A stretch of DNA of 26,229 nucleotides from a bacterium (GTDB lineage: Bacteria > Hinthialibacterota > Hinthialibacteria > Hinthialibacterales > Hinthialibacteraceae): assembly GCA_041946805.1 (NCBI GenBank), contig JBHGBC010000080.1, positions 1 through 26,229 of the forward strand, read 5' to 3'. A model generated the notes under the pieces. The model was given only the letters and a program-made list of their open reading frames with translations. It made no database searches and had not been told where the DNA came from. The position numbers were made by a program, and so were the translations under genes. Below, piece by piece: positions 7,902-16,307 of this stretch. How positions within the stretch are numbered: position 1 is the stretch's first letter; each line of letters begins with the position of its first letter.

Positions 7902-8972
7902 ATGATCAACTACACCCCAGAGACACTCTCCCGGCGAAGGTTTTTGGCGCGATCGGCTGCCGGATTGGCTGCCGGGGCCGCGGCGGTCCTCGCGCGAGGG
8001 GAAACCGGGCTAGAAGAGCCCTTCTTTCAAACCCGCGGCGTCGTGCTCACGCCCGGGGATTTCACTTGGACCGGCTGGCCGGAAGCCGCGAAAGACGCCC
8101 GGTTGACCACCATCAGCCTGCATCATTCCCAATCGCCCGCCCATGTCATCCAATTTATGCAGTCGCCGTCCGGCCAGCGGTTTTTGGAGCAATGGAATCA
8201 ATTAGGCCTCCAGGCCGAATATGAACTGCACGCCATGCGCGAACTGCTGCCGCGGGATCTGTTTTCCAAAGATCCCTCTCTGTTCCGCATGGATGAAAAA
8301 GGCGAACGGAATCCCGACGCGAATCTGTGCGTCCATTCTTCCGCCGCCTTGGCTATTGCCGCGGAAAACGCCCTGCGGATCGCCAAGATCCTGAAGCCGG
8401 CGACGCACCGTTATTATTTTTGGGGCGATGACGGGCTTCCCTGGTGCCGGTGCTCCCAGTGCCGGGAGCTGGGGGACAGCGATCAGGCGTTGATCCTGGA
8501 AAATTACCTCGTAAAAGCGTTGCGTTCCCTGGATTCCCAAGCCCAATTGGCGCATCTGGCGTATGCGAATTCGTTGCAGCCGCCCCGCCAGGTCCAGCCC
8601 GGTCCAGGCGTCTTTCTGGAATTCGCGCCCATTCACCGCCGGTACGACATCCCCTTCGAATCCGGAGAGGATGAGGCGCAGAGGCGAAATCTCGAGGCGC
8701 TCGACGCGAATCTCGCGGTCTTCGGCGCGGAGAACGCGCAGGCGTTGGAATATTGGCTGGACGTTTCCCGGTTTTCCCAATGGACCAGGCCCGCGAAGCC
8801 GTTGCCGTTTTCTCCGTCCACCTTGCGGGCGGATTTACGAACCTACGGCCGCCGGGGAATCCGCCATCTGACCACGTTCGCGGTGTTCATCGATGAGGAA
8901 TACATCAAAAAATACGGCGTGCCCCCGGTTCAAACCTACGGGGATGCACTTTATCAATGGCGGCCGGAATGA
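7902..8972 (+). CDS. Tat-exported DUF4838-like protein (putative glycoside hydrolase-like barrel), 356 aa
   Basis: Twin-arginine motif LSRRRFLA; NLCVH, DDGLPWCRCSQC and LAHLAY...QPP motifs typical of DUF4838 proteins; TAAGGA RBS. Confidence 0.75.
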   Translation: MINYTPETLSRRRFLARSAAGLAAGAAAVLARGETGLEEPFFQTRGVVLTPGDFTWTGWPEAAKDARLTTISLHHSQSPAHVIQFMQSPSGQRFLEQWNQLGLQAEYELHAMRELLPRDLFSKDPSLFRMDEKGERNPDANLCVHSSAALAIAAENALRIAKILKPATHRYYFWGDDGLPWCRCSQCRELGDSDQALILENYLVKALRSLDSQAQLAHLAYANSLQPPRQVQPGPGVFLEFAPIHRRYDIPFESGEDEAQRRNLEALDANLAVFGAENAQALEYWLDVSRFSQWTRPAKPLPFSPSTLRADLRTYGRRGIRHLTTFAVFIDEEYIKKYGVPPVQTYGDALYQWRPE

Positions 8973-9018
8973 TAATTGTAATCCGATAGTTCGAGAAAAA
9001 CCGACAGGAGAACCGTTC

Positions 9019-9615
9019 ATGCCGCAAACCACCTGGGGTTTCACCTTGATCGAGTTGTTGATCGTGGTCGCGATCATTGGGATTTTGGCCGCCATCGCCG
9101 TGCCCAACTTTTTGAACGCGCAAATCCGCGCCAAGATCGCCCGCGTGGAATCCGATCAAAACTCGTACGCCACCGCCATGGAGATGTACCAGTTGGACGC
9201 TGGGGGACGATACCCTCCCTACGAGAAAATATGGCTGTTGACGTCTCCGGTCAGCTACATCGCCTCTCTCAATCCCGATCCCTTCGCCCCCGCCATCCCC
9301 GGGCGGTTCAATTTCATCCACGAGTACGATCCCTTCTATTTCATCACCACGCAGACCGATCCGGCGCCGATCTATTGGAACCTGGTGGCCGATTTCAACA
9401 TCTACACCGGTTATCCCAATCAATGGACAGGGGGTCAGAACGACGAGACGTTCGCCGGCGTGGTGCGGTACCAGATCCGCAGCATCGGCCCGAACCGCTA
9501 CAACGAATACGGCATGCGCTATGACGCCACCAACGGCCTGGTGAGCAACGGCGACATCAACCGCTTCGGCCCCGGCCACCTGGACCGCCCGTATGGCGGC
9601 TTCCCGGGGGCGTGA
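9019..9615 (+). CDS. Type IV prepilin-like protein (N-methylation domain), 198 aa
   Basis: Start at ATG 9019 (AGGAG 9006-9010); MPQTTWG|FTLIELLIVVAIIGILAAIAVPNF; paralogue of 7071-7613. Confidence 0.92.
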   Translation: MPQTTWGFTLIELLIVVAIIGILAAIAVPNFLNAQIRAKIARVESDQNSYATAMEMYQLDAGGRYPPYEKIWLLTSPVSYIASLNPDPFAPAIPGRFNFIHEYDPFYFITTQTDPAPIYWNLVADFNIYTGYPNQWTGGQNDETFAGVVRYQIRSIGPNRYNEYGMRYDATNGLVSNGDINRFGPGHLDRPYGGFPGA

Positions 9616-9639
9616 GCCGGGATCCCGGATCGCGGCGGA

Positions 9640-10923
9640 TTATCCGATAGGCTCCGGATCCTCCGGCAGGGTCATATACTCCAACCGCGGCAGCAGAATG
9701 TGGATGATCAACAAGGCGATCAAGTAAGCCGATGAGGCGATCCCGAACAGGATGTGATAATTGCCCGTATACTCCAGCACATAGCCGGCCAGTTTGGCGA
9801 TGCCCATGCCCCCGATGGCCCCGGCCATTCCCCCGATGCCGACGACCGAACTGACCGAATGCCGCGGGACCGTATCCGAAACCAAGGTATACAAATTGGC
9901 GGAAAATCCTTGGTGTGCGGAAGCCGCCAGGCCCACGACGAACACCGCCAGCCATAAGTTCGAGATCATGGACGCGGTAAAGACCGGCACGACGCACAAG
10001 GCGCAGGCGAGCAAGGCGGTTTTGCGTCCCGCGTTCACGCTCCAGCCGCGTTGAATCAGGATGGATGAGAGCCAGCCCCCGCCGATGCTGCCCACGTCGG
10101 TCATCAAATAAATCACCACCAGCGGCGGCCCCAGGTGGATCAAATCCAGCCCGTATTGCTTGTGCAGGAAATCGGGAATCCAGTACAAGTAAAACCACCA
10201 GATGGGGCTGGTCATGAACATGCCCGCCATGAAGGCCCAGGTTTGCCGGTGCCGCAACAGGGCCGGCCAAGACAGCTGCGTGGGCGGATCGGGCGGATCG
10301 CTGCGGATATGGGCCATTTCTTGCGGCGATAACCGGGGATGCCGCTCGGGAGGGTAATACAGCCACAGCCAGAGGGCCACCCAGAACAAACCCAGGCTGC
10401 CGGTCACGAAGAACGCGGTGGGCCAGCCGTAGCGGATGGTGATCCACGGCACGATCAGCGGGGTGATCAGCGCCCCCACGTTGCTGCCCGCGTTGAACAG
10501 GCCGGTGGCGAAGGCCCGTTCTGATTTGGGAAACCAGTCGCCGGTGGTTTTGACGGCCGCCGGGAAATTACCGCCTTCCGCCAGGCCCAATACGAACCGC
10601 GCCCCGCAGAAATGGCTCACTGTACGGGCCCACCCATGGGCCATGGCGGCCAGGCTCCATAACAACACCGCCAGCGCGTAGCCGGCCCGGACGCCGATCA
10701 GGTCCATGAGCCGTCCCCCGAAGGCGTAACCCATGGCGTAGGCCAGTTGGAACGAGAAGACGATGTTGCTGAATTCGATTTCGCTCCATCCCAGTTCGGT
10801 CTGAATTTCCGGTTTGAGCACGCCGATGATCTGCCGGTCGATGTAATTGATGGTCGTCGCGAGAAACAGCAACCCGCAGATCCGCCACCGGTACCATCCC
10901 CGTGGTTGGTTGATGTTTTCCAT
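9640..10923 (-). CDS. exuT: MFS transporter, ACS family, hexuronate transporter ExuT-like (427 aa)
   Basis: RWRICGLLFLATTINYIDRQ, LGLAEGGNFPAA, ERAFATGLFNAGSNVGA, PIWWFYLYWIP and AHQGFSANL motifs; ~12 hydrophobic segments. Confidence 0.85.
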   Translation of the reverse strand: MENINQPRGWYRWRICGLLFLATTINYIDRQIIGVLKPEIQTELGWSEIEFSNIVFSFQLAYAMGYAFGGRLMDLIGVRAGYALAVLLWSLAAMAHGWARTVSHFCGARFVLGLAEGGNFPAAVKTTGDWFPKSERAFATGLFNAGSNVGALITPLIVPWITIRYGWPTAFFVTGSLGLFWVALWLWLYYPPERHPRLSPQEMAHIRSDPPDPPTQLSWPALLRHRQTWAFMAGMFMTSPIWWFYLYWIPDFLHKQYGLDLIHLGPPLVVIYLMTDVGSIGGGWLSSILIQRGWSVNAGRKTALLACALCVVPVFTASMISNLWLAVFVVGLAASAHQGFSANLYTLVSDTVPRHSVSSVVGIGGMAGAIGGMGIAKLAGYVLEYTGNYHILFGIASSAYLIALLIIHILLPRLEYMTLPEDPEPIG

Positions 10924-10927
10924 GATT

Positions 10928-12553
10928 TTAATGACTCAGGTGGTTGGATGATTCAAAAAAGGTGGTTTTCAGTTCCGGCGGATCGAATTCCACGGCGTTC
11001 CGCGCGGACCGCAGATCGCAGCCGGTCAGGCTTACGTCCCGTGTCCCGTCGCTCACCCGCAGAAACACGGCGAGGGGCGAGAGAGCCCGGCATCCCCGCA
11101 GCCAGGCGTTTTCCACCCTCTGGAACGCCAGGGCGGGAAATTCGGCTTCCGGCCCCTGGACAGCCACGTCCTCCAAGACCAGGTCCCGCACCGCGCCGCA
11201 CACCAGGGCGGGGCGCGCGTCGGGGGAGGCCCGCCGGAGGGTGATGGAACGGAAGGTCAGCCCTTCCACATCCCGGCAATAGAATCCATACGCGGGCAGC
11301 ACCCCGAACATGGACGATTCGGGATAGGCCTCGGGCTTAAGCGGCACGTCGCGGCGCGCGTCCTCGGCCGTCCCCCCGCCTTCGAATTCCAGATCCAGAT
11401 CGCTGAGCGTGACGTGTTTGATTTTTCCTTCCGGCAATCCGGTAATGGAACAGCCGATATGGGAAACTCCGGTGGCGGTGATGTGGCTGATCTGGACGTT
11501 TTGGAAGGAACCGATCGCCGGCTTCGGCATCCCGGCTTCATAGGGGCGGGCGCGGTTGCCCAGCCGGAGAAAAATGGGCGCCGAAATCCCTTGCATGGTG
11601 AAATGGGAGATCGACACGCGGTCCAGCGCGCCGCCGTCCACGATCTCCAGGGCGATGCCGGCCAGGCCCCGTTGATTTCCGTAGGTGGAGCGCGAATACC
11701 GCGGCGGGCGGATCACGCAGTTCGTGGCCGTGATATCCGTGAAGCCGCCGTTGGATTCCGTCCCCATCTTGAAGGCGTTGCAGTGGCTGCTCAACACGCA
11801 ATTGGTAATGGTGACATCCTCCGTGGGGCGGCCGGTGGTGCTTTTCAGGCACAGGGCGTCGTCGTCCGAATCGAACACGCAATCCGCGATCCGCACCGCG
11901 CGGCAGCCGTCCACGTCGATCCCGTCGTTGTTGTAAGTCACATGATTGAAGACCGAAATGCCCCGCACCGTGAGGTTCTCGCACGCCAGGTAGTGTTGCA
12001 TCCACATCGCGGAATTGCGGAGCGTGACGCCTTCGATCAGCACGTTCCGGCAGGAGATGAGCCGAATGATGTAAGGGCGGCGCCGGTATTCTTTCCACTG
12101 GAAGGCGGCGCCCTGGCCGTCGATCGCCCCGCGCCCGGTGATGGCCACGTCTTCCAGATCTTCCCCGTAAATCAAACTTTGCGTGACGTAGTTATCCGTG
12201 TAGGACCGGATTTTCGGCCGCGTTTCCGGATAAACGGCCGGATCCGGACTGCCCAATAAAGTGGCGCCCGCCTCGAGGTGAAGAGTGATCCGGTTCTTCA
12301 GGAAGAGCGTGGCGGAGAGATACGTTCCCGCGGGGAAATACACCGTGCCGCCGCCGGCCTCCGCCGCCGCGCCGATGGCGGCTTGGATGGCCTGCGTGTC
12401 CATCTGTTTCCCATCGCCGGAGGCCCCGTAGTGCTTGACGGAATAGAAAATCCACGGCGGGGCGCCTGCTTCATCCGCCGTGAAGCACTCCAACGGCACA
12501 AGCCACGAGAGGCACAGGAACAAAAGGAGGGGAAACCGGGACGGCGCGGTCAT
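10928..12553 (-). CDS. Secreted glycoside hydrolase family 28-like beta-helix protein (~541 aa)
   Basis: Signal peptide from ATG 12553 (start uncertain); YGASGDGKQMDTQAIQAAI...GGGTVYFPAGTY N-terminus; NNDGID and SDDDALCLKS acidic motifs; ends 4 nt before exuT. Confidence 0.85.
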   Translation of the reverse strand: MTAPSRFPLLLFLCLSWLVPLECFTADEAGAPPWIFYSVKHYGASGDGKQMDTQAIQAAIGAAAEAGGGTVYFPAGTYLSATLFLKNRITLHLEAGATLLGSPDPAVYPETRPKIRSYTDNYVTQSLIYGEDLEDVAITGRGAIDGQGAAFQWKEYRRRPYIIRLISCRNVLIEGVTLRNSAMWMQHYLACENLTVRGISVFNHVTYNNDGIDVDGCRAVRIADCVFDSDDDALCLKSTTGRPTEDVTITNCVLSSHCNAFKMGTESNGGFTDITATNCVIRPPRYSRSTYGNQRGLAGIALEIVDGGALDRVSISHFTMQGISAPIFLRLGNRARPYEAGMPKPAIGSFQNVQISHITATGVSHIGCSITGLPEGKIKHVTLSDLDLEFEGGGTAEDARRDVPLKPEAYPESSMFGVLPAYGFYCRDVEGLTFRSITLRRASPDARPALVCGAVRDLVLEDVAVQGPEAEFPALAFQRVENAWLRGCRALSPLAVFLRVSDGTRDVSLTGCDLRSARNAVEFDPPELKTTFFESSNHLSH

Positions 12554-12849
12554 CCGGAATCCGCGATGGGTAATAAGTGGAGTGGGCAACATGCCGGATC
12601 TCTTTCTGCCACGCGCTTGGATTTGGCCGTACACCTCATTGATCTGAACCATTTGCTCGATACGGTACCGAAACCTGACCGGCAGGACAAGAAGACCCGG
12701 GTGTTCATGACAGAAAAGTAATACGTGACAAGGATTCCTGCTGGATCAGATGGATATGCGGAGGTGTTGAGGGCATGCCTTGGAGAGAAAGCGTTTCATC
12801 TCCGAAAGGGATCCACATTGCCCTACGGCAGGGCCTATCACCAATGGCC

Positions 12850-12876
12850 CTGGATTCCCGCTTGCGCGGGGATGAC
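12850..12876. repeat. dRS3-like palindrome (CTGGATTCCCGC...GCGGGGATGAC)
   Basis: Matches the widespread ATTCCC-N8-GGGAAT type repeat with one mismatch; single copy in this window. Confidence 0.6.
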
Positions 12877-12953
12877 TTCCGGAAAGAAGGCGGTGGGCAA
12901 GAAAACCGGTTTGTTGGGGGAGAATAAATTCATCCCCGGGGGGATGCGGATGG

Positions 12954-12993
12954 GTAGCCGCAGGTTTTAAACTACGGCTTGTAAACCTGCGGC
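12954..12993. repeat. GTAG-type REP-like inverted repeat downstream of lpxA
   Basis: GTAG overlapping an 11-bp perfect stem GCCGCAGGTTT (12957-12967) / AAACCTGCGGC (12983-12993). Confidence 0.6.
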
Positions 12994-13025
12994 AAAGCAC
13001 ACCCGGCATCTTGGCCGCGGCTTGC

Positions 13026-13802
13026 TTACATGCGGGCCAAGCCCCGTTGCGAGCGTTGGATGAACTGGATCATGTGCGCCACCTCGGGGACATGGCCGAG
13101 TTCATTTTGGAGGCGTTCGATGGCTTCCTGCTCGGTCAGTTTGGAGCGCATGATGATCTTGTAGGCTTTTTTGAGGTTGGAAATCCGCTCGGGGGAATAG
13201 TTGTGCCGCTTCAAGCCGACGGTGTTGAGGCCGCAGGGCTTGCAGGGATTTCCCCCGTTGGCGGTGAAGGGCAGGATATCCTGCCGCACGGCGGAACCGC
13301 CGCCGACGATGGCGTTTTGGCCGATTTGCACGAACTGGTGCACCCCCACCAATCCCCCCAGGATGGCGTTTTGTTCGACCAGGATATGTCCCGCCAGGCC
13401 GGCGAACGAGGCCATGATTACCCGGTCTTCGAGCACGCAATTGTGGGCGATGTGGCAATAGGACATCACCAGGCAGTTGTTGCCGACCCGCGTGGCTTCG
13501 CCGGCGTAAGTCGCCCGGTTGATGGTGGCGTATTCACGGATGGTGGTGTTGTCGCCGATGATGACGTAACTCTCGTCCCCCCGGTATTTGAGATCCTGCG
13601 GTTCGCTCCCGATGACCGCGCCCACGCCCACGCGGCAGTTCCGTCCAATGAGGGTGTGGCCCTCGATGACCGCATGCGGCGCGATCTGCGTTCCATCCCC
13701 GATCTTGACGTATTGGCCGATCACCGCATAGGGACCCACTTCCACCTTATCACCCAATTCCGCGTGAGGATGGACACTTGCCGAGTTCGAAACCAGTGTC
13801 AT
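13026..13802 (-). CDS. lpxA: Acyl-ACP--UDP-N-acetylglucosamine O-acyltransferase (258 aa)
   Basis: Hexapeptide repeats; PQDLKY, IRE, HIAHNC, LAGH and VHQF motifs intact; start at ATG 13802. Confidence 0.96.
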   Translation of the reverse strand: MTLVSNSASVHPHAELGDKVEVGPYAVIGQYVKIGDGTQIAPHAVIEGHTLIGRNCRVGVGAVIGSEPQDLKYRGDESYVIIGDNTTIREYATINRATYAGEATRVGNNCLVMSYCHIAHNCVLEDRVIMASFAGLAGHILVEQNAILGGLVGVHQFVQIGQNAIVGGGSAVRQDILPFTANGGNPCKPCGLNTVGLKRHNYSPERISNLKKAYKIIMRSKLTEQEAIERLQNELGHVPEVAHMIQFIQRSQRGLARM

Positions 13803-13921
13803 AGACTTTCTTCTTCCTTTTCTTGAAGTCAAGGCGGTTCCTGGTCCTTTGGATCGTTTGCGCCGCGAAGTCCAGCGCATCGCATGAGAGTCTGGGTTGG
13901 CCGTTTTTCAGTTTACCGGAT

Positions 13922-15235
13922 TCAGGCGTCGTTTCCCAGGGAGAAGAACAGTTCCGCTTCCGCGACCAGGACGCCGTCCACGTGGATGGTGCTTTGGACC
14001 TTGCCCGCCTTCTTCCGGATCTTGGTGAATTTCGTCTCGATGATCAGCTGATCACCGGGAACCACCTTGCGGCGCATTTTGGCGTGATCGACGCCCACGA
14101 GATAGGCGATCTTGCCCCGGTTTTCGTTCAGGGAGAGCAGCAGGACGCCGCCCGCCTGAGCCATGGCCTCGATCAGCAGCACCCCCGGCATGATGGGTTC
14201 CTCGGGGAAATGGCCGGTGAAGAAATTCTCGTTATGGGTGACGTTCTTGATGGCCACGACCTTCATTTGGGAATAATCGATATCCACCACCTTGTCGATG
14301 AGCAGGAAGGGATAGCGGTGGGGAAGGAATTTGCGGATTTGCACCACATCCATGGGCAAGGGGGGGACCTGATCCTGTTCCGGCGATTGCGCCTGGCCGT
14401 TCAGGGTTTTCAGGATTTTCCGGACGAAGCGGATGTTGAAGGCGTGTCCCGAGCGGACGGCGATGACGTGACCCTTGAGGGGCTTGCCGAGCAGCGTCAG
14501 GTCGCCGATCACATCTAGAATCTTGTGGCGGACGATTTCATCCTCGAAGCGGAGTTGCTCGTTGAGAAAATCGTGCTCGCCGATGACGATGGCGGTATCC
14601 AGGCTGCCTCCCTTGATTTTCCCCTGCTGGCGGAGAATGTCGACATCCTTGAGGAAACAGAACGTCCGCGCCGGGGCGATCTTCTCGTAAAACACTTCCG
14701 GCGTGATGAGAAACGAGGCGGAGCGGATTCCCACCGCGGGATGGTCGTAGTCGATTTTGTAGGTGATTTCCAGGCGGGGGGAGGGGATGATGGCCAGTTC
14801 GAGGCCGTTCTCGTAGAGCCAGATGGGTTCCTGCACCTCGATGAACTGCTTGGGGCGGTCTAGGGTGACGATCCCCACGCCGCGGAGCGCCTGGACGAAC
14901 ACCTGGGCGCTGCCGTCGCTGATGGGCGGCTCGCTGGACGAGACTTCGAGGATGATGTTGTCGATCCCCAGGCCCGTGCAGGCGGCGAGGACGTGTTCCA
15001 CGGTCTTGATTTGCGTTTCGCCCTTGCCGAGCGCGGTGAGATACAGGGATTCCTCCAGGACCGCGTTGTCGGCGCTCACTTCGATCACCGGTTTTCCCGG
15101 CAAATCGGCCCGCACGAAGCGGATGCCGGCGCCGGCCTCGGCGGGCTTGAAGGTGATGGTGGTCTCCTGGCCGGTATGGAGCCCCACGCCGCTGATGGAT
15201 ACATCCCCTGCGATTGTTTTTTGATATTCGACCAT
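13922..15235 (-). CDS. lpxC-fabZ: Bifunctional UDP-3-O-acyl-GlcNAc deacetylase / 3-hydroxyacyl-ACP dehydratase (LpxC-FabZ fusion, 437 aa)
   Basis: LpxC motifs GVGLHTG, TVEH, APARTF, RHKILD, SGH; FabZ motifs [11 protein letters not shown] and GHFP...[12 protein letters not shown]. Confidence 0.97.
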   Translation of the reverse strand: MVEYQKTIAGDVSISGVGLHTGQETTITFKPAEAGAGIRFVRADLPGKPVIEVSADNAVLEESLYLTALGKGETQIKTVEHVLAACTGLGIDNIILEVSSSEPPISDGSAQVFVQALRGVGIVTLDRPKQFIEVQEPIWLYENGLELAIIPSPRLEITYKIDYDHPAVGIRSASFLITPEVFYEKIAPARTFCFLKDVDILRQQGKIKGGSLDTAIVIGEHDFLNEQLRFEDEIVRHKILDVIGDLTLLGKPLKGHVIAVRSGHAFNIRFVRKILKTLNGQAQSPEQDQVPPLPMDVVQIRKFLPHRYPFLLIDKVVDIDYSQMKVVAIKNVTHNENFFTGHFPEEPIMPGVLLIEAMAQAGGVLLLSLNENRGKIAYLVGVDHAKMRRKVVPGDQLIIETKFTKIRKKAGKVQSTIHVDGVLVAEAELFFSLGNDA

Positions 15236-15276
15236 CGGGATTCAATACCTGATTTGAGATAAGAAAATCCAGGGAT

Positions 15277-16284
15277 TCATGGTTCCGGATCGGAATCCGT
15301 CAACCGTTCCTCGAGGGAACGGATTTTCTCGAACAGTTTGGGAAGGCGGGCGATATTGGCTTTCATCCGTTTTTCCTGATGGTGCGGCTGCGCGGGAGCG
15401 CCCCAGTAATCGGCGTCCGGCGGCACATCGCCGGTGACCACGCTCTTGGCCCCGATGCGCGCCATGGCCCCCACCCGGACGCCCGGCGCGATGACCACCT
15501 GGCCCGCGATGGTGACCCGCTCCTCCAAGGTGACGTGTTCGCCGATGGTCACCTGCGCGACGATGATGCAATGCGGGCCGATTTGCGCGCCCGCGCCGAT
15601 CTGGATGAGGTTGTCGGCCTTGGTTCCCTCGCCGATGCGGGTGGGGGCCTGGGGCAGGCCCGAGACCACCACGTTGGCCCCCAGTTCCACGTCGGCCTCC
15701 AATACCACCGGCGCGGGGACGCCGGGGGCGGGGGTGACGTCCATGGGACCGAGCCGGCAGCCGGCGTGGAGAATCGCGCGGTCGCCCACGGCGCAGCCGG
15801 GATAGATGGAAACGTGGGGATACAAGGTGACTTCCTGGCCGATCACGGCGCCTTCCCCCACGAAGACTCCGGGGTAGAGGATGCTGCCCCCGCCGATGCG
15901 GGCGCCCTCCCCGACGAAGGCGTTGGCCATGACGGTCACGTCACGGCCGAGTTGCGCGCTGGCGGCCACATGGCTGGTGGGATGCACTCCGCCGGCGGTC
16001 TTGCGCAGGTCTTTATGAAACAGGTACAAGGCCTTGGAAAAGGTCAGGTAGGGATTCGGCGAGCGGATGACGGGGCGGAAGCCGGTTTCCAGGTCTTTGG
16101 GGACGATGAGGACGGAGGCGTGGGATTCCGGGATCTTGGCGACATACTTGGGATTGGCCACGAACGACAGTTCGCCCGGCTTGGCGGCGGTGATTTCGGC
16201 GACACCGCTCAGGAGGACGGCGCCATCGCCTTCGAACGTTTCACCCAGGAGATCACATAATTCTTTGAGGGAATAGGTCAGCAC
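15277..16284 (-). CDS. lpxD: LpxD homologue (335 aa) lacking catalytic residues; probable pseudoenzyme
   Basis: N-terminal uridine-binding domain (SFVANPKY, NPY), left-handed beta-helix and C-terminal helices are present at the canonical skp-lpxD-fabZ-lpxA position, but QIAHN reads QIGAG and the DGFG and DRG motifs are absent; GTG start. Confidence 0.88.
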   Translation of the reverse strand: MLTYSLKELCDLLGETFEGDGAVLLSGVAEITAAKPGELSFVANPKYVAKIPESHASVLIVPKDLETGFRPVIRSPNPYLTFSKALYLFHKDLRKTAGGVHPTSHVAASAQLGRDVTVMANAFVGEGARIGGGSILYPGVFVGEGAVIGQEVTLYPHVSIYPGCAVGDRAILHAGCRLGPMDVTPAPGVPAPVVLEADVELGANVVVSGLPQAPTRIGEGTKADNLIQIGAGAQIGPHCIIVAQVTIGEHVTLEERVTIAGQVVIAPGVRVGAMARIGAKSVVTGDVPPDADYWGAPAQPHHQEKRMKANIARLPKLFEKIRSLEERLTDSDPEP

Positions 16285-16307
16285 GGAAAAGAACCTACCG
16301 GTCGTTT

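Noticed and set aside
7092..9138. Pilin pair as a diversity-generating retroelement, shufflon or gene-conversion cassette system
   Set aside because: Differences are synonymous and not adenine-specific, there is no near-identical template repeat, and no reverse transcriptase or recombinase is in the window
12662..12690. Possible minus-strand promoter TTGTCC-17-TACCGT for the GH28-exuT pair
   Set aside because: The -10 match is too weak to call without transcript data
12780..12835. GGAGAG...CCGAAAGG resembling a glycine riboswitch aptamer
   Set aside because: Lacks the downstream CTCTCAGG core and a second aptamer, and there is no plus-strand gene downstream
13441..13458. LpxA HIAHNC instead of HIAHDC
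   Set aside because: The catalytic His is intact and Asn at the next position occurs in other LpxA proteins; not evidence of inactivity
13922..15235. LpxC-FabZ fusion as a novelty
   Set aside because: A known fusion, e.g. in Bacteroidota and Chlorobi
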